A DNA stretch of 64,000 nucleotides, from the NCBI GenBank assembly GCA_964016885.1, contig OZ024762.1, positions 17,546,001-17,610,000 on the forward strand. Direction: 5' to 3'. The number at the start of each line of letters is the position of its first letter. Position 1 is the stretch's first letter. Made by a program: the position numbers and the translations under genes. Below the pieces are notes generated by a model. The model was not told the DNA's origin. It did no database searches and saw nothing but the letters and a program-made list of their open reading frames with translations. The stretch comes from Eledone cirrhosa. Its lineage: Eukaryota. Positions 15,108 through 30,213 of the stretch are shown here, in pieces.

Positions 15108-15246
15108 ATGTTTTACTTCGTCTACACATGTTATCGTGTATCCGGCAGCACCTATGGTCTGTTTGTTTACCGTTTGGTGTTTAATTTGATTATCGCTTCA
15201 TAGCAGGTTTGTTTAATTAAAGGTTGCGAGGGGGATCACTGATATA

Positions 15247-15287
<41 letters not shown>

Positions 15288-15378
15288 CGCAAAGACACAC
15301 ACATATATATACATACACCTGTGTGTATGTGTATGTGCGTGTCTTTGGCTGCTCTCTCTCTCTCTCTATATATATATA

Positions 15379-15411
<33 letters not shown>

Positions 15412-17109
15412 GTGTATATATATACAGACACACACTGTTGTTTCCTGATTTTTAGTGCTGTTTCTAAAGTGTCTATTAATATATGCTAGAAATAGTAGTC
15501 AAGGGAACATTTACGTATATATATGTAAGGGCAGTGACACCTGCTGCAACAACCATCCAACCTCGTGGGACTCCATCCTCGGACGGGCCACAGGCACTCC
15601 GATGTTGCGGAGGAGCTCGGCTGTAATGGGTCCAAGTTGACCTGGGGTCTCGACGGCGGCTGGTGCGTATAGAAGAGGCTCCAGGACAAACACCGGAATT
15701 TGTTTATTTTATGTCCATCTGCGAGACGGGCAGCGATGCTGGGGTTTGTGGATCTACCTCCTTCGAATGGAAAGAGAGTGATTCCCTCGGGGTGCTTGCC
15801 ATCTCCGCGGCCTAGGCCTGCTGGCTCCTGTTGAGATGGAAAGTCAGCTGCGTCTAGGCTTCTTCTCATTATGTCGTTGAGAGTATTTATGTGGCTCACA
15901 CACGCGGAGGCCAAGGCGTTGGGCTACTCCGATGCGAGTTCACTCATCATCAAGAATTTATTTGAATTGAAAGGTCACTAAACTAATATAGGAGTGTGAT
16001 TTAAAAATAAGGTAAACAGAAATAGTTACACCGGTAACATAATTACTGTTACACCGGTAGTTCACTAACAAATCATTTCACGTTCGTCTCTAACAGGTAA
16101 TATTTTAATTTGCTCTCCATGTTTGGGAGTAACTGTAGTTTGGCTTGCTAGGGGTCATACATCTTCATACACATACACACATACATATGCATATATATAA
16201 TTATATGTAAATTCAGCTCCGTATTTAGGACAAATGAGGCCTGTTCTAGTTATGAGGCCCCTTTCTTGGGCTCAGTAGGATGTAGGCTTGTTAAAATAAT
16301 TCTTTCGGTAGGAAGATGGGCCCTTCTGTGTAGATTCCTTCCTTAATATTTCAGATAGGAGGGACCGTTTCTGTTGTCTTACTTTAGTTGTTCATTCCTT
16401 ATTTTCAGTAATGTCCTTTCCGACCATAATTATGTCGGCGACGTAAGCATAAGTCTAATTTATTCTTTAATGAAGGGTAGATCCTTCGATAGTGGAGGCC
16501 CGTGCTCTTACGATCATATGTGTATTCGATTCCTGGACTGTGTTGTTAGTTGTTTTACTTGAGCAAAAACTTCATTTCACATAGGTGGGGGGGGGGGTTA
16601 ACCCTGCGATCGACTGACATCATGTCCAGGGGGAAGTCATGTACTCTCAGTCTCTTTACGCTACAGGAACTGGGACAGGCACCTGCTTGAGCTGACTTGG
16701 AAATCCTTAGAAATCCTTAGATATTCTTCTTGGTGATATATTTGTTAGCTTTGACTTTAATTCATCTGTTTACACCACTAATAATTCATAGATAGAAAAA
16801 CGTTTGTGGCTTTAGTACACCTTTAAGCTTTAATTTCAATTATTGACTATGTCTAACGAAGTAATAACTGGAGCGACTAAACCAGGGTTTCCTAAACTGG
16901 TGATATCAACCACCGGTGGCTGATTTCAACTTGGTCTCTTCGGCCACAAACCCGGGTACCGCGGCCCACGAAGGAAAGGAAGATAAACAAATATCAGAGG
17001 ATTGTCCGGCTTCTTCCACTTGGCACCTGTAGCCACCATCACGTATAAGTATAAATATATATATATATATATACATATCTATCTATCTATCTATCTATAT
17101 ATATATCAT

Positions 17110-19375
17110 CATTTTCATTTTACGTCTGCTTTTTCCTGTTTGCAAGGGTGGGACATATATATATATTATCCTCATTATACATCCACTTTTCCCTGATTAT
17201 AAGGGTGGGACAGATCCTCTTCAGCGCAGCATCTCTCCTTCACCATCTCCTCTGAGCTTCAACGATCTGAGGTCAGGTCTCACTACCTCTGCCCATATCT
17301 TCCTTGGTCTTCCTCTACTGCATATTCCTCCCACTGGGATTACTTGGCACTTCTTCACCCTGCGGTAATCCTGCATACACATCGCATGGCCATATCAACG
17401 CAGTCTTTTCTCCCGCACACTGCAGTTTATCCTTCTTATAGAGTATCACTCTCAACTCGTCCATACTTGGTCTTTCACTCACATTGACATTGCACATCCA
17501 ATGGAGCATGCTTGCTTCATTTCTCTTCAGCCTTCGCATATCCTCTGCAGTTGCTGCCCATGTCTCACTACCATGCAACATTGCAACATTGTTCATCTCA
17601 CACAGGCATCAAACAACCAACCTTTTGTATGCAGGGAGAAACCCTTCTTTGTCACCAGAGGAAGCAGCTCCCTAAACGTCTTCCAGCCTGTCCTTATTCT
17701 AGATACTATGGCCTCGGAACACCCACCCCCCCCTCTCCCATACTAATCTGATCACCTAGGTACTGAAGCTATCTACCACTTTTATAGAACCTACTTGCAT
17801 TTGAAAAATGTGTCTCAATGCGACTTCTACTGTCAAATTTCCCTGTACATCTACTGCATACGTAGTTTTCCCTACCTGTTAGTTTGCCTGCTATCCCACT
17901 ACATCTCGTGTGTACCCAAGATCTGCATTGTGTACATTTTATAGAATGTATGCCAATTCCTTTTCTGCATATCGAACATGGCCATCAGAGTTTTGTCCTT
18001 TTTTCTACTTATCAACACTTTTGTTTTAGCTAGCTTCACTCTCAGTCCTCTTAAGTCCAACTGCTGTTTCCATAGCCAGAATTTATTCTCTAGCTCCTCT
18101 ACTGATTCTGCTATAAAAACCAGATTGTCAGTATAGAGAAGTTCCCATGGGCAGCTAGTCTTAAACTCTTCTGTTATGGCTTGGAGGACTATAATGAACA
18201 AGAGCGGGCTGAGGACCGAACTCTGATGGACTCCTCCTTGTATCTGGAATTCCTCACTAAACTCCATTCCTACCCTCACTTTACAGACAGCACCTCTGTA
18301 CAAAGCTTGCACTGTCCTCACAAGCCATTCCTCAACACCTAGTTTCCTTAGGGATCACCAGATGACAGATTGGGGTACACTATCAAAGGCTTTCTCTAGG
18401 TCAACAAAAGCTAAGTATAATGGCTTATTCTTCTCAAAGAACCTCTCTTGTAGTTGTCTCACTAAGAAGAGGGCATCAGTTGTACTTTTCCCAGGCACAA
18501 AACCAAACTGCATCTCATCTAGTTTGACTCTTTCTCTAATTAGTTGCTCTAATATCCTTTCTGCCACTTTCATAACCTGATCCATCAGTTTTCTGCCTCT
18601 ATAATTGATCCTCTCCAGAGCATCCCCTTTACCTTTGTAGCAATTTATGAGAATACTGCTGCACCAGTCTTTGGGTATGACTCCGCCATATATAGCTTGA
18701 TTGATTATGCTTGCAACCAGTTTAGTACCTACTTCTCCTCATGCCTTCAGCATCTCAGCAACTATCCCTGATGGTCCAGCTGCCTTACCATTTTTCCTTT
18801 CTTTAATTGCCTCTTTGACCCTATAGTCATCAATCTCAATAGCTGGTCCCTCTGTTGGGTCAAATGTGGGTAGTTTCTCTCTCTCCCATTCATTCTCCAC
18901 ATTCATCAGCCTCTCATAATGGCATTTCCAGGCCTCCTTTTTCTGATCATTATTGACACTGCGTACACCAGCATCATTCCGGACACATTTATCTCCAACA
19001 ACATCCCGATTTATACTGACACACTGGCTTGCAATGCGGAACACCGCACGTCTTTGATCTTCCCGTCACAGAACATTGGCAACCCTCCTATTCTCAGCCT
19101 CCCTGCGTGCTAAGTACACCTGACGTCTAGCTTCTTTCTTAGCGGCTGTGCATCGGTCTCTACTCCCACCATTTATCCAAGTGTTCCATGCTAGTCTTTT
19201 GTCTCTAATGGCCTTATCTACCGTGTTGTCCCACCACCAGGTCACTCTCTGTCTGGTCGGAGCTCTGCTCCAGCCACAAGTGTCTTCAGCAGCCTGCAGT
19301 AAGTTGTCACATAAGAAATTCCAGTTATCTATGTCATACGATTCTAAAACGGCTTCTTTCTCATCATACACATCT
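17110..19375 (-). mobile_element. RTE-clade LINE, copy 2
   Basis: Same RT fragments as 5855-8125. Confidence 0.93.
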
Positions 19376-20484
19376 AAAAGGGCTTAACCCCTTAGCATTT
19401 AAACCAGCTGTAACCGGCCAGAATTCTCTCACCTCTTTCTGTTCAAACCAGCCCTAATTAACCACTCATACTGATGTTAAAGTATTGTTCTGAAAATAAA
19501 TAATATCGAAATCTCATAGATTCGATATTATGTGAGATAAAGCCTTTACTGTGAAAATACAATAGTATATATAGAGTAATGTGAACATCGCCCTCTTTCA
19601 CTAAACAGTGAAACTATATAAAAAGACTAGGAGATAACTCGTGTGGCGCTATAGAGAAGAGTGTAAGATTCGAACTAACTGAGCTACGGAATTAAAAGGA
19701 AAATCGCGCTTAAAATAAAGTTTATAAACACAAACCAAATTTTATGTGACTCCATTTTGTTTGTTATTGTTTCTTTCACTGTTTTACTTATTTCTTATTT
19801 CTTATTAAATTACACTTAATTAATTCCATTAAATATTTATTCTTGCTCATATTAAATTACTGTATCTTTATTCATGTCATTGTTGCAACTTTTATTTCTA
19901 CATCTTTCATTTATACCGACTGTTACACCGGTCGTATAATTATTTTATAACACCGCTATATTACCTACATGAAAGAGGTAAATATTTATTTCTCTTGTCT
20001 TCTTAAATGTATAGAACATGTTTCTTATATATATTCTTAACATAGCTAGGACCGTATATTATTTACTAGTCTCTACTCCTAGGACTTTGCTGGTCTCATG
20101 TCCCCTCCATCAACACACTCTCGGTAGAAAGCTGGTCTTCGGAGGTAAAGTGGCCCTGATTACAGGTCTAGTATTGAAGCCTTTCGGCTTGAGCCTTGCT
20201 GATGTCGACAGAGTTCCTGTGGTAGTTTTCGTAGCACAGGTGACATTTTATTGTGTTTAGGTACCGGCTAGTGCGGACACAGAGAGCACAACCAGGTGGT
20301 GAGCTGGCAACGACCAAGTGTAGAGGGCCAGCTTTGAAATTCGAGCGACGGAGTGAACTACTAAAAGAGGCAGGGTAAGCGGCATTGGTTCTAAAGGTGG
20401 GACTAGAACGGAGGTTGGGTGGTGCTGGGGGTGGGCAAACAGCTAACAGTTGTAGGAGTGGTGGGGGTTTGGTAGGATTAATTT

Positions 20485-22870
20485 TTACATCTGTCTGTGA
20501 ACTCTTGAAAAAGCAACATACAATTGTCCAGGGTTAAATACTTGCTCAGGGAGGAACAGACCCACTTTATCATGTATTTGACCATGGTTCTTGTTGATTG
20601 TCATGGCATATGACAGTCTTAATGGAAACTGGGGTCTTTCCAAAGTAAAAGGGATGTTGGCACCACTGGGAGCTAACTTCAGTCTTGGGATCAAAACACA
20701 CCTGCCCATCAAAGGACCATAGATATGAGAAGCTTCGATAAAATGTTTATGCAGTTCCACTACTTCTAATCTTGTGCCATTACATAATCTGTTCTGGATT
20801 GAAATATTCCATAGAAGCATTATTATTGATCCTGCTTTTAATTGGAGTTTGTGAGGCGGCATCCCAGAAGGTGTAAGCAAGTTCAGAAGTTCATTTAGCT
20901 TGAACCAGGCAGCAAGGGTAGTGTCTCGGTGTCCCTGTATTTCTACTGCAACCTGAGCATTGCCTCTTTGAAAGTAAACTCTGTTTGTTCTCCAGGTGTG
21001 TGTCTAGTTTGTATACTGTATGTGATGTACCATGAAGCTTAAATTCCGAGAGACACGACACTGCTTCTGGCTGAGACACATACCTGCAACAAAGATAGGT
21101 TCTTATTTCATCATGGTTGTGTTGGTTCTGAGCCTTATTAGGTAATGCATTATTCGTTACTTCTATAGTTGTACAATCATGCCCCATGTAACATATTTAA
21201 AGAGGTACTTGACACTTTTTACAGAAGGGCAAGCTTCAACATTAATATGTGCACAATATTTCTTAAGCAAAAAGGCATTAAATGGCACAACCTTCCTGTT
21301 ATCTACTGAATGTCATCCAATTTACACTGCAGTTCCTGTACTCTGGGTATCCATTTAGGTTCAATAATGTTTCCCTTCTGTAGGTTTATGGATAGTTCTT
21401 TTGGAAAAATCCATTTTGTATAAATGGGGAAAAAGGGTTTCCAGAACCACATGGCCCGTGGATCATAAACTTTTAAACCTGCTCATGTAGTACTGGATCA
21501 TCTTCCAATGCAGGTATTTCTGCTGACACGATTCTGTCAATGTCTTCTCTGTTTCTTATCTTGCCTTCATTTCTTAAGGCTCAGTGTTATCATCTGTTTA
21601 GATAATTCATTAAACCATTATACTCATCCACTCACAATTGGGCTTGATTGTTCCTCAAATATTGAAGCCTGCATCCCTCTACTTTCATATAGGCATCCAC
21701 TAAATACTGCTAAAATAATTTACCTGCCCTATATATCGCACTAAATCCTCCTCTATATGCTATACAGTATATGTAATACTCCTGCATTGTCAGTCTATTG
21801 CAAACACAGGTCCTGCATTCCTCTCCATGTCACTATGCCACCAAAATTCACCATTATGGGTCGGTCATGAATTATGTGGTATTTTCTGAGGAGGATGGTC
21901 TTTAGGAAAGATGATAATATCTCTTTGTACAGGTGGTGTGCCCTCAATCCCCCACAAAACAACAGCTATCATTACTAGTTGGTAAATTATCGCAGCTCAT
22001 ATCTGATCCTCTTTTAAATCTTAATTCACAGTTCTGTCCACGACAATTTTCTCTTCTTGCACTTTGCTGTTTGATGCCATGCATTGTATTGTACACTTCG
22101 ACATATGGATTACATTCATGCAACACCTCTCTTATCATAGTCATTTTTTGTGGTGAGCAGTCATTATTTGTTGGCACTAGGGCAGTGGATTGGCAGTATC
22201 GGTAGAGCGTCAGACACCATGCTTTGCAGCATAGGGTTATGGCCCATTACGTTCTGGGTCCAAATCCCTCCAAGGTTGACTTTGTTTTCATCCTTATGAG
22301 GTCGATAAATAAAGTACCAGTAATACACTGGAGTAATTGCTGACCTTGTGCCAGAAACAATTATTTGGTGGTACTTCCAATCTGTGCTACACAGCTTCAT
22401 TCCCATCAATAATATATAACTGGCCATATTGTGGTGTATTTTCTGCAGGTTACAGAGGTGGGGGTGTAGTGATATGTTTGACCCTGAATATGAAAGCTAT
22501 ACGGGCCTCTGCCGGGTGGTAAGGCAAGTTTAACACGAAATGAAATGAAATAAATGTAGTTTTAATTGCAGATGTTTCTGTGAAATCAACTGCTTCCTGG
22601 CCTCTTTCAAAGAGATTTCTCAGTCTCTCAGGGTATATTTGTAATGGAGGCATCACAACCTTTCCTTTATTACAACAGTTACAATTTTCATTTCTAAATT
22701 TCAAAGCTCCACAGTGATCACACGAAACATTCATATCACTAATATGAAATTCTTCTACATTTCCATTAATATTAATTGTTGGCCAATTTCTCTTACGACG
22801 CTCATTATCCATTCTTCTCTGTCTGAATGTTTTCCATTCTGTTGTTTATTATGTAATTAAATAGCTCTGT
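20485..22870 (-). mobile_element. Degenerate Helitron, second copy
   Basis: Near-identical peptides to 9235-11620. Confidence 0.92.
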
Positions 22871-24884
22871 ACAATACAGAGAGCACTCTTCTTTTCTTTA
22901 CCTTTTCTATGGAAATACAAGAACAAATATATATATATATATGTATATAAATAAACAAGACTGTTATTTCTCCAACCTGTCTATTTACCTTCGATAACTA
23001 AATATAAATACACCTATACCATACATACATATACAATATTTGTTTTTGATGCCGTGGTATAGCAGAGATAAGCAAGAAGAGAAAAGAAAATGAAAAGGAG
23101 AAAAAAAAGAAGTAAGAAGTCGGGGGAGGGACAGACACTTCACCCCAGTCTAAGTGGTCCCTCAGCCGCAACTCGTGGAAGAAATGTAAAAGCGTTACCT
23201 CGGAGCAAGGCCAGAGACACCTGCTACAATAGTCGCCCTTCCTCACGAGGCTCCTGCCGTCTTTCCTCCCGACTTTATGGAGGAAATCAGCAGTACGGGG
23301 ACCAAGTATGGCAGAGGTCTCAATGGAGTGGAAGAAGTGAGTCAGGCCTCGGTACTATCTTACTCTCCTCTGCATTGCGGGGTGTGGAGCCTAGGTTTGT
23401 GGCTGTAGCTATATTTGAACTTTTATATGAAATTTCAGTTTTATATTTTTCACATCTTAAAACTTAATCTTAGTCTTTTGCAGCTCATCTTGTTTCATCT
23501 CGCAGCACATGATTTGGGAACCACTGCTCTAGAGATAGAAAAAGTATATTTTATGCAGGGTTTCCCTGAGACATAAAAACTATTTCAAGAGATCGACATG
23601 GGTAGAAAGGTTGAGAAATGCTGCACAATGTTCTTTGGTTTTTGTTCACCTTTAAATAATAATGTATAAAATATCGGGTGTGCAAGATTTCATGAAAAGG
23701 TATAACATTATTTATGCTGATCTTGCAGGGACTAGCTCCAATTGAGAGTTGTACCAATTCCCACTAAACTCGAAACTCCTGGACAATATATACATATCTT
23801 TATAAGTTCCTGTGTATTGTGTCGCTGTATAATGAAACATAAATATATACCATGCATGTCAGTCAGATTTGAACTCACTATATTTGGCGTTTTATAGATA
23901 TAATTTGTTTGTTAAAAGAATTGATTAAATAATAACTAAATAAAATTAATTCTACAATCCTGGATAGGGAATGAACTTATAACTTCATAATAGAAACCAT
24001 CTATTCGAGCAGTATTGCCACCAGGTTACTTACAGAACTTCATTCAAATATAAAGTATAAAATATATGCCAGACATAGTGAGTTCGAATCTGACTGATTA
24101 GTTGGTCATTGTCCCAACCAACAGTTTAAATCGCCAACCGGTAGGTGATATCGACTAGGTTGGGAAAACTTGGTTAAGTAGCTCCAGTTATTGCTACGTT
24201 AGACATATTCAAGATTTATCGAGACCGAATGGAAGAAAGGTAAAGTTGAACTCAGAGTAAAGAACTGGAAAAATACTGCAAAGAATTCTATCAGATGTTC
24301 TAACAATTCTACCAAATTACCTTATGTATATATATTTATATCAAAAGAAGAAGAAAACTGAAAGAAAGAAAAAAAAAAAAAGAAAAAAATTGAAACCTTA
24401 TATGTAACTCATGACCAGGATTGAAATCGAAACCAGGACTACCACCATCTCTGGTATCACCCACCAGACCACCATGAAAGATTAAAAAATCTGCTTTTTT
24501 AATATTTATAAGCCTACTTTCAATATTAAAGTAATTAACATGTGGTGTTGTTCATGCCTTTCTCTATGTTATTGGTAAAAAATAAAGTATTTAAACCTCA
24601 AATTTTGTTATTCAAATATGCTTGCTTATGTAATTATTAATGTCGCAGAATACACACACATATATAGATGTGAAAATATTCAGGACCCCAACGACTGTGC
24701 TATTGCCGTTTCGACATCTATATATATATCTTTTAGTCCTAGGCTCTTTCAGCGCAGAAAGAATTCTCCAATGATCACAACCAGCTAATGGTGCCCAGTG
24801 GAAGCACTTTAGTCTAATTATAACCCCAACGATCACGACTAGCGGCGGCTTTTTCGAGTCTGAGGTTGACTGCCAGATATATAC

Positions 24885-25243
24885 AGGGTACCCGACAGTA
24901 ATACAGGGTACCCGACCTCCCATGGGTACATGCTGAAGCATATAAACAATATGCCCCCCCCCCCCCCCCCCCCACCGCAAGGTGGTCGTGGAGGTGCCAC
25001 GGCAAAAAAGCACCCAGCCCACACTGTAAAGTGGACGTGTAGGCGCCACGAAAAAGCACCCAGCACTCACTGTAAATGAGGTTGGTGTTAGGAAGGGCAT
25101 CCAGCTGTAGAAATCAAGCCAGATCAGTTCCTGTATGAGCAAGGCATGGTCAGCCGACCAGACACTGCCCACAACAGGACAACCCGTCTAACCCATGCTA
25201 GCGTGGAAGAACGGACGTAAAACGGTGATGATGATGATGATGA
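24885..25243 (+). mobile_element. RTE-associated short non-autonomous element or SINE body with (atg)n tail
   Basis: Motif aaaaagcacccagc..ggttggtgttaggaagggcatccagctgtagaaa shared with ~33800, ~37740, ~50590 and ~59810; ends cggacgtaaaacggtgatgatg. Confidence 0.75.
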
Positions 25244-25260
25244 TAAATATATATATATAT

Positions 25261-25855
25261 ACCTAGGAGATCAGATTAGCATGGGAGGAGGGTGTTCCGA
25301 GGCCATAGTATCTAGAATAAGGAAGGGTTGGAAGAAGTTTAGTGAGCTGCTTCCTCTGTTGACGTAGAAGGGTTTCTCCCTGCGTACGAAAGGCCGGTTG
25401 TATGATGCCTGTGTGAGGAGCGCGATGCTGCATGGTAGTGAGACATGGGCAGCAACTGCAGAGGATATGCGACGGCTGGAGAGAAATGAGGCAAGCATGC
25501 TCCGTTGGATGTGCGTGAACGACCCAGCATAAATGTGTTGAGAGAGAAACTGCGTCTGAGAGGGATAGAATGTAGTGTACGGGAGAGGAGACTTAGGTGG
25601 TATGGACATGTGATGCGCATGGAGGATGGCCGATGGGTGAAGAAGTGCCAGGAATTGCCAGTTGAAGGAAGACGTGGTAGAGGTAGACCACGAAAAACAT
25701 GGGCGGTGGTGGTGAGAACAGACCTCAGATCATTGAAACTCACGGTGGAAATGACGAGGGACCATGACGAGTGGAGAGATGCTGTGCTGAATAAGACCCG
25801 TCCCACCCTTGCAAGCAGGGAAAAGCGGACGTAAAATGATGATGATTATGATGAT
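25261..25855 (+). mobile_element. RTE LINE 3' fragment, private to copy 3
   Basis: RERRLRWYGHVMRMEDGRWVKKC..VEGRRGRGRPRKTW; (atg)n tail; flanked by TA repeats. Confidence 0.92.
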
Positions 25856-26065
25856 ATATATATATATATTGTTATACTTTGCTAGAATCCCGGAGAACAA
25901 CAGAAAGATGCTGAGTTCAGAGTTTAAAAAACAACAGAAAGAAGGGCATAAATAAATATATATCAGTGGTTTAAAACCTTCTCTGCACCATGCCCCACCT
26001 CGACATTTAAAATATGTTTATGTCCCCCCTTTAATATAAAAACAATCCGAGTCTTGTAAAAGTGC

Positions 26066-27046
26066 TATTACTGTAATATAAAGTAGAAACCCTTTATTTA
26101 AACAAAGCTGCGATGCAGCGATCATCAAAGCAAACCCCCAAATGTCAACAAACTTCTCGCAGGTGCTGCCAGATACACGATAACGTGTATACGAAGTGTA
26201 ACAGGGAGTTGGGTCGTATTATATCACTTTCAAATTGACCCCTATTATATTCAAATTATCCCCTGTGGGGCGTGCACCCCACGTTGAGAATCCCTCATAA
26301 ATAAATATATGTGTGTTGCTATGACTGCTATTTCTAGCAGGTTTACTGCAGTCCTGTAGACGCACACCAAAAACCGGAAGTGGCAGCCATTAAAAAACTT
26401 TGGCTTAAAATCAGGCAAAAGTTTTTAAACAATAGAAAATTTAATGTAAACAAACCAGGGTGTTTTTGCCAAGAAAGATAACTCTTGTCTTACTTAATCG
26501 CAAAAATCGAGACAAAAATTTGTGTGTCCTTCTTTCTGATGTTTCCCGTGTTTCGCTGCTATTTCTAAAGTGTCTATATATGCTAGAAATAGCAGTCAAA
26601 TACACCAAACAAACTGCACACCCGCAAAATTTTTGACTCGATTTTTGCGATTAAGTAAGAGAAGAGTTATCTTTCTTGGCAAATTGTTAAAAAAACTTTT
26701 GCCTGATTTTAAGCCAAAGTTTTTTAATGGCTGCCACTTCCGGTTTTTGGTGTGCGTCTACACGACTGCAGTAAACCTGCTAGAAATAGCAGTCATAGCA
26801 ACACACTCACATAAATTTATTTATGAGGGATTCTCAACGTGGGGTGCACGCCCCACAGGGGATAATTTGAATATAATAGGGGTCAATTTGAAAGTGATAT
26901 AATACGACCAAACTTTCAGATACACATGTTATCGTGTATCTGACAGCACCTACGAGAAGTTTGTTGACATTTTGAAGTTTGTTTTGATCATCGCTGCATC
27001 GCAGCTTTGTTTAAATAAGGGGTTTCTACTTTATATTACAGTAATA
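26066..27046. mobile_element. Foldback element, copy 3, with the spacer and part of the left arm deleted
   Basis: Arms join at ~26520 without the TA spacer. Confidence 0.85.
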
Positions 27047-27186
27047 AAAGTTTTACTTCGACTACACATGTTATCGTGTATCCGGCAGCACCTATGGGCT
27101 GTTTGTTTACATTTTGCTGTTTAATTTGATCATCGCTTCATAGCAGATTTGTTCAATTAAAGGTTGGGGATCACTAATATAAATAA

Positions 27187-27291
<105 letters not shown>

Positions 27292-29052
27292 GAGGACGCA
27301 AAGACACACATATATATACATACACCTATGTGTATGTGCGTGTGTGTGTGTCTTTGGCTGCTCTATCTATATCTCTCTCTCTTTCTCTCTGTGTATATAT
27401 ATACAGACACACACTGTTGTTTCCTGATTTTTAGCTGCTGTTTCTAAAGTGTCTATTAATATATGCTAGAAATAGCAGTCAAGGGAACATTTACGTATAT
27501 ATATATATGTAAGGGCAGTGACACCTGCTGCAACAGGCATCCAACCTCGTGGGACTCCATCCTCAGACGGGCCACAGACACTCCGATCTTGCGGAGGAAC
27601 TCAGCTGTAATGGGTCCAAGTAGGCCTGGGGTCTCGACGGCGGCTGGTGCGTAGAAGAAGCGCCAGGACAAACACCGGAATATGTTTATCTGCGAGACGG
27701 GCAGCGATGCCGAGGTTTGTGGATCTACCTCCTTCGAATGGGAAGAGGGTGATTCCCTTGGGGGGCTTGCCAAATCCGCGGCCTAGGCCTGCTGGCTCCT
27801 GTTGAGATGGAAAGTCAGCTGCGTCTAGGCTTCTTCTCATTATGTCGTTGAGAGCATTTATGTGGCTCACACACGCGGAGGCCAACGCGTTGGGCTACTC
27901 CGATGCGAGTTCACTCATCATCAAGAATTTATTTGAATTGAAAGGTCACTAAACTAATATAGGAGTGTGATTTAAAAATAAGGTAAACAGAAATAGTTAC
28001 TCCGGTAACATAATTACTGTTACACCGGTAGTTCACTAACAAATCATTTCACGTTCGTCTCTAACAGGTAATATTTTAATTTGCTCTTCATGTTGGGGAG
28101 TAACTGTAGTTTGGCTTGCTAGGGGTCATACATCTTCATACACACACACACATACTATATATATATATATACATATGCATATATATAATTATATGTAAAG
28201 TCAGCTCCGTATTTAGGACAAATGAGGCCTGTTCTAGTTATGAGGCCCCTTTCTTGGGCTCAGTAGGATGTAGGCTTGTTAAAATAATTGTTTTGGTAGG
28301 AAGATGGGCCCTTCTGTGTAGATTCCTTCCTTAATATTTCAGATAGGAGGGACCGTTTCTGTTGTCTTCCTTTAGTTGTTCATTCCTTATTTACAGTAAT
28401 GTCCTTTCCGACCATAATTATGTCGGCGACGTAAGCATAAGTCTAATTTATTCTTTAATGAAGGGTAGATCCTTCGATAGTGGAGGCCCGTGGTCTTACG
28501 ATCATATGTGTATTCGATTCCTGGACTGTGTTGTTAGTTGTTTTACTTGAGCAAAAACTTCATTTCACATAGGGGGGGGGGGGGGTTAACCCTGCGATGG
28601 ACTGACATCATGTCCAGGGGGAAGTCATGTACTCTCAGTCCCATTACGCTACAGGAACTGGGACAGGCACCTGCTTGATAAGTCTCCAGGCTTGAGCTGA
28701 CTTTACACTTTGGAAATCCTTAGATATTCTTCTTGGTGATATATTTGTTAGCTTTGACTTTAATTCATCAGTTTACACCACTAATAATTCATAGATAGAA
28801 AAACGTTTGTGGCTTTAGTACACCTTTAAGCTTTAATTTCAATTACGGACTATGTCTAACGAAGTAATAACTGGAGCGACTAAACCAGGCTTTCCTAACC
28901 TGGTGATATCAACCACCGGTGGCTGATTTCAACTTGGTCGCTTCAGCCACAAACCCGGGTACCACGGCCCACGAAGGAAAGGAAGATAAACAAATATCAG
29001 AGGATTGTCCGGCTTCTTCCTCTTGGCACCTGTAGCCACCATGACGTATAAG

Positions 29053-29091
<39 letters not shown>

Positions 29092-29111
29092 CTATCTATC
29101 TATATATATAT

Positions 29112-29661
29112 CATCATTTTCATTTTACGTCTGCTTTTCCCTGTTTGCAAGGGTGGGACATATATATATATATCATCCTCATTATACATCCACTTTTCCC
29201 TGCTTATAAGGGTGGGACAGATCCTCTTCAGCGCAGCATCTCTCCTTCACCATCTCCTCTGAGCTTCAACGATCTGAGGTCAGCTCTCACTACCTCTGCC
29301 CATATCTTCCTTGGTCTTCCTCTACTGCATATTCCTCCCACTGGGATTACTTGGCACTTCTTCACCCTGCGGTAATCCTGCATACGCATCGCATGGCCAT
29401 ACCAACGCAGTCTTTTCTCCCGCACACTGCAGTTTATCCTTCTTATAGTGTTTCACTCTCAACTCGTCCATGCTTGGTCTTTCACGCACATTGACATTGC
29501 ACATCCAATGGAGCATGCTTGCTTCATTTCTCTCCAGCCTTCGCATATCCTCTGCAGTTGCTGCCCATGTCTCACTACCATGCAACATCTGACACAGGTA
29601 TCAAACAACCAACCTTTTGTACGCAGGGAGAAACCCTTCTTTGTCACCAGAGGAAGCAGCT
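29112..29661 (-). mobile_element. RTE-clade LINE 3' end, copy 3 (array boundary)
   Basis: MLHGSETWAATAEDMRRLERNEASML; RLRWYGHAMRM..RGRPRK. Confidence 0.9.
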
Positions 29662-30094
29662 TATATATATATATATGTATGTGTGTGCAATTATATTTGT
29701 CCATCAATTGTGTATACACAGTTTGAGGTTGGACTTTCGTAAAGACCTGAAGATTCATCTGTATTGCTGTACGGGTCTGAGACTAGGACACTGACCAAGA
29801 GATTCACTCAGATGGTGGATGGGTGCTAAATATATATATTTATACAAATTTTTCTTTTCCTGAAGTGTGTAGACATTTTTTTTGTATACACACTTATTGG
29901 CATTAGCTGTCTTGTTTCTTAGAAGAAATGAAAAAGCAAAAGTTTGGTTTATTTCACATGTTCGTCGCTAGATAAGGAAGTTTATTTACATTCCTTTGAA
30001 GATGTCAGTAATATTTTCCTGTGTAGAGAAGGTTTAATTCTGTTTCTTAGTAAAAAAGAGAATCAGAAGTATATATGTAAGAGGGCTGACTGAC

Positions 30095-30213
30095 CAAATG
30101 GAAAGAAACAATGCAGTTATTAGTAAGGAGATTTGAAATTAATGCATGCAAGATTTCACTGTTCTAGCATCACTCCTTCATAGTCAGCCGATGAGTTTTT
30201 CAGTTGACCCTCG
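30095..30213 (-). mobile_element. Mariner-type transposon 5' terminal fragment
   Basis: Reverse complement of the terminus ..ctgaaaa..ggctgactatgaaggagtgatgctaga.. seen upstream of the transposase remnant at 57551. Confidence 0.7.

Larger units (their letters stand above)
11314..22563 (+). repeat. Tandem segmental duplication, unit copy 2
   Basis: Colinear with 1-11313; differs mainly by SNPs and microsatellite lengths. Confidence 0.97.
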
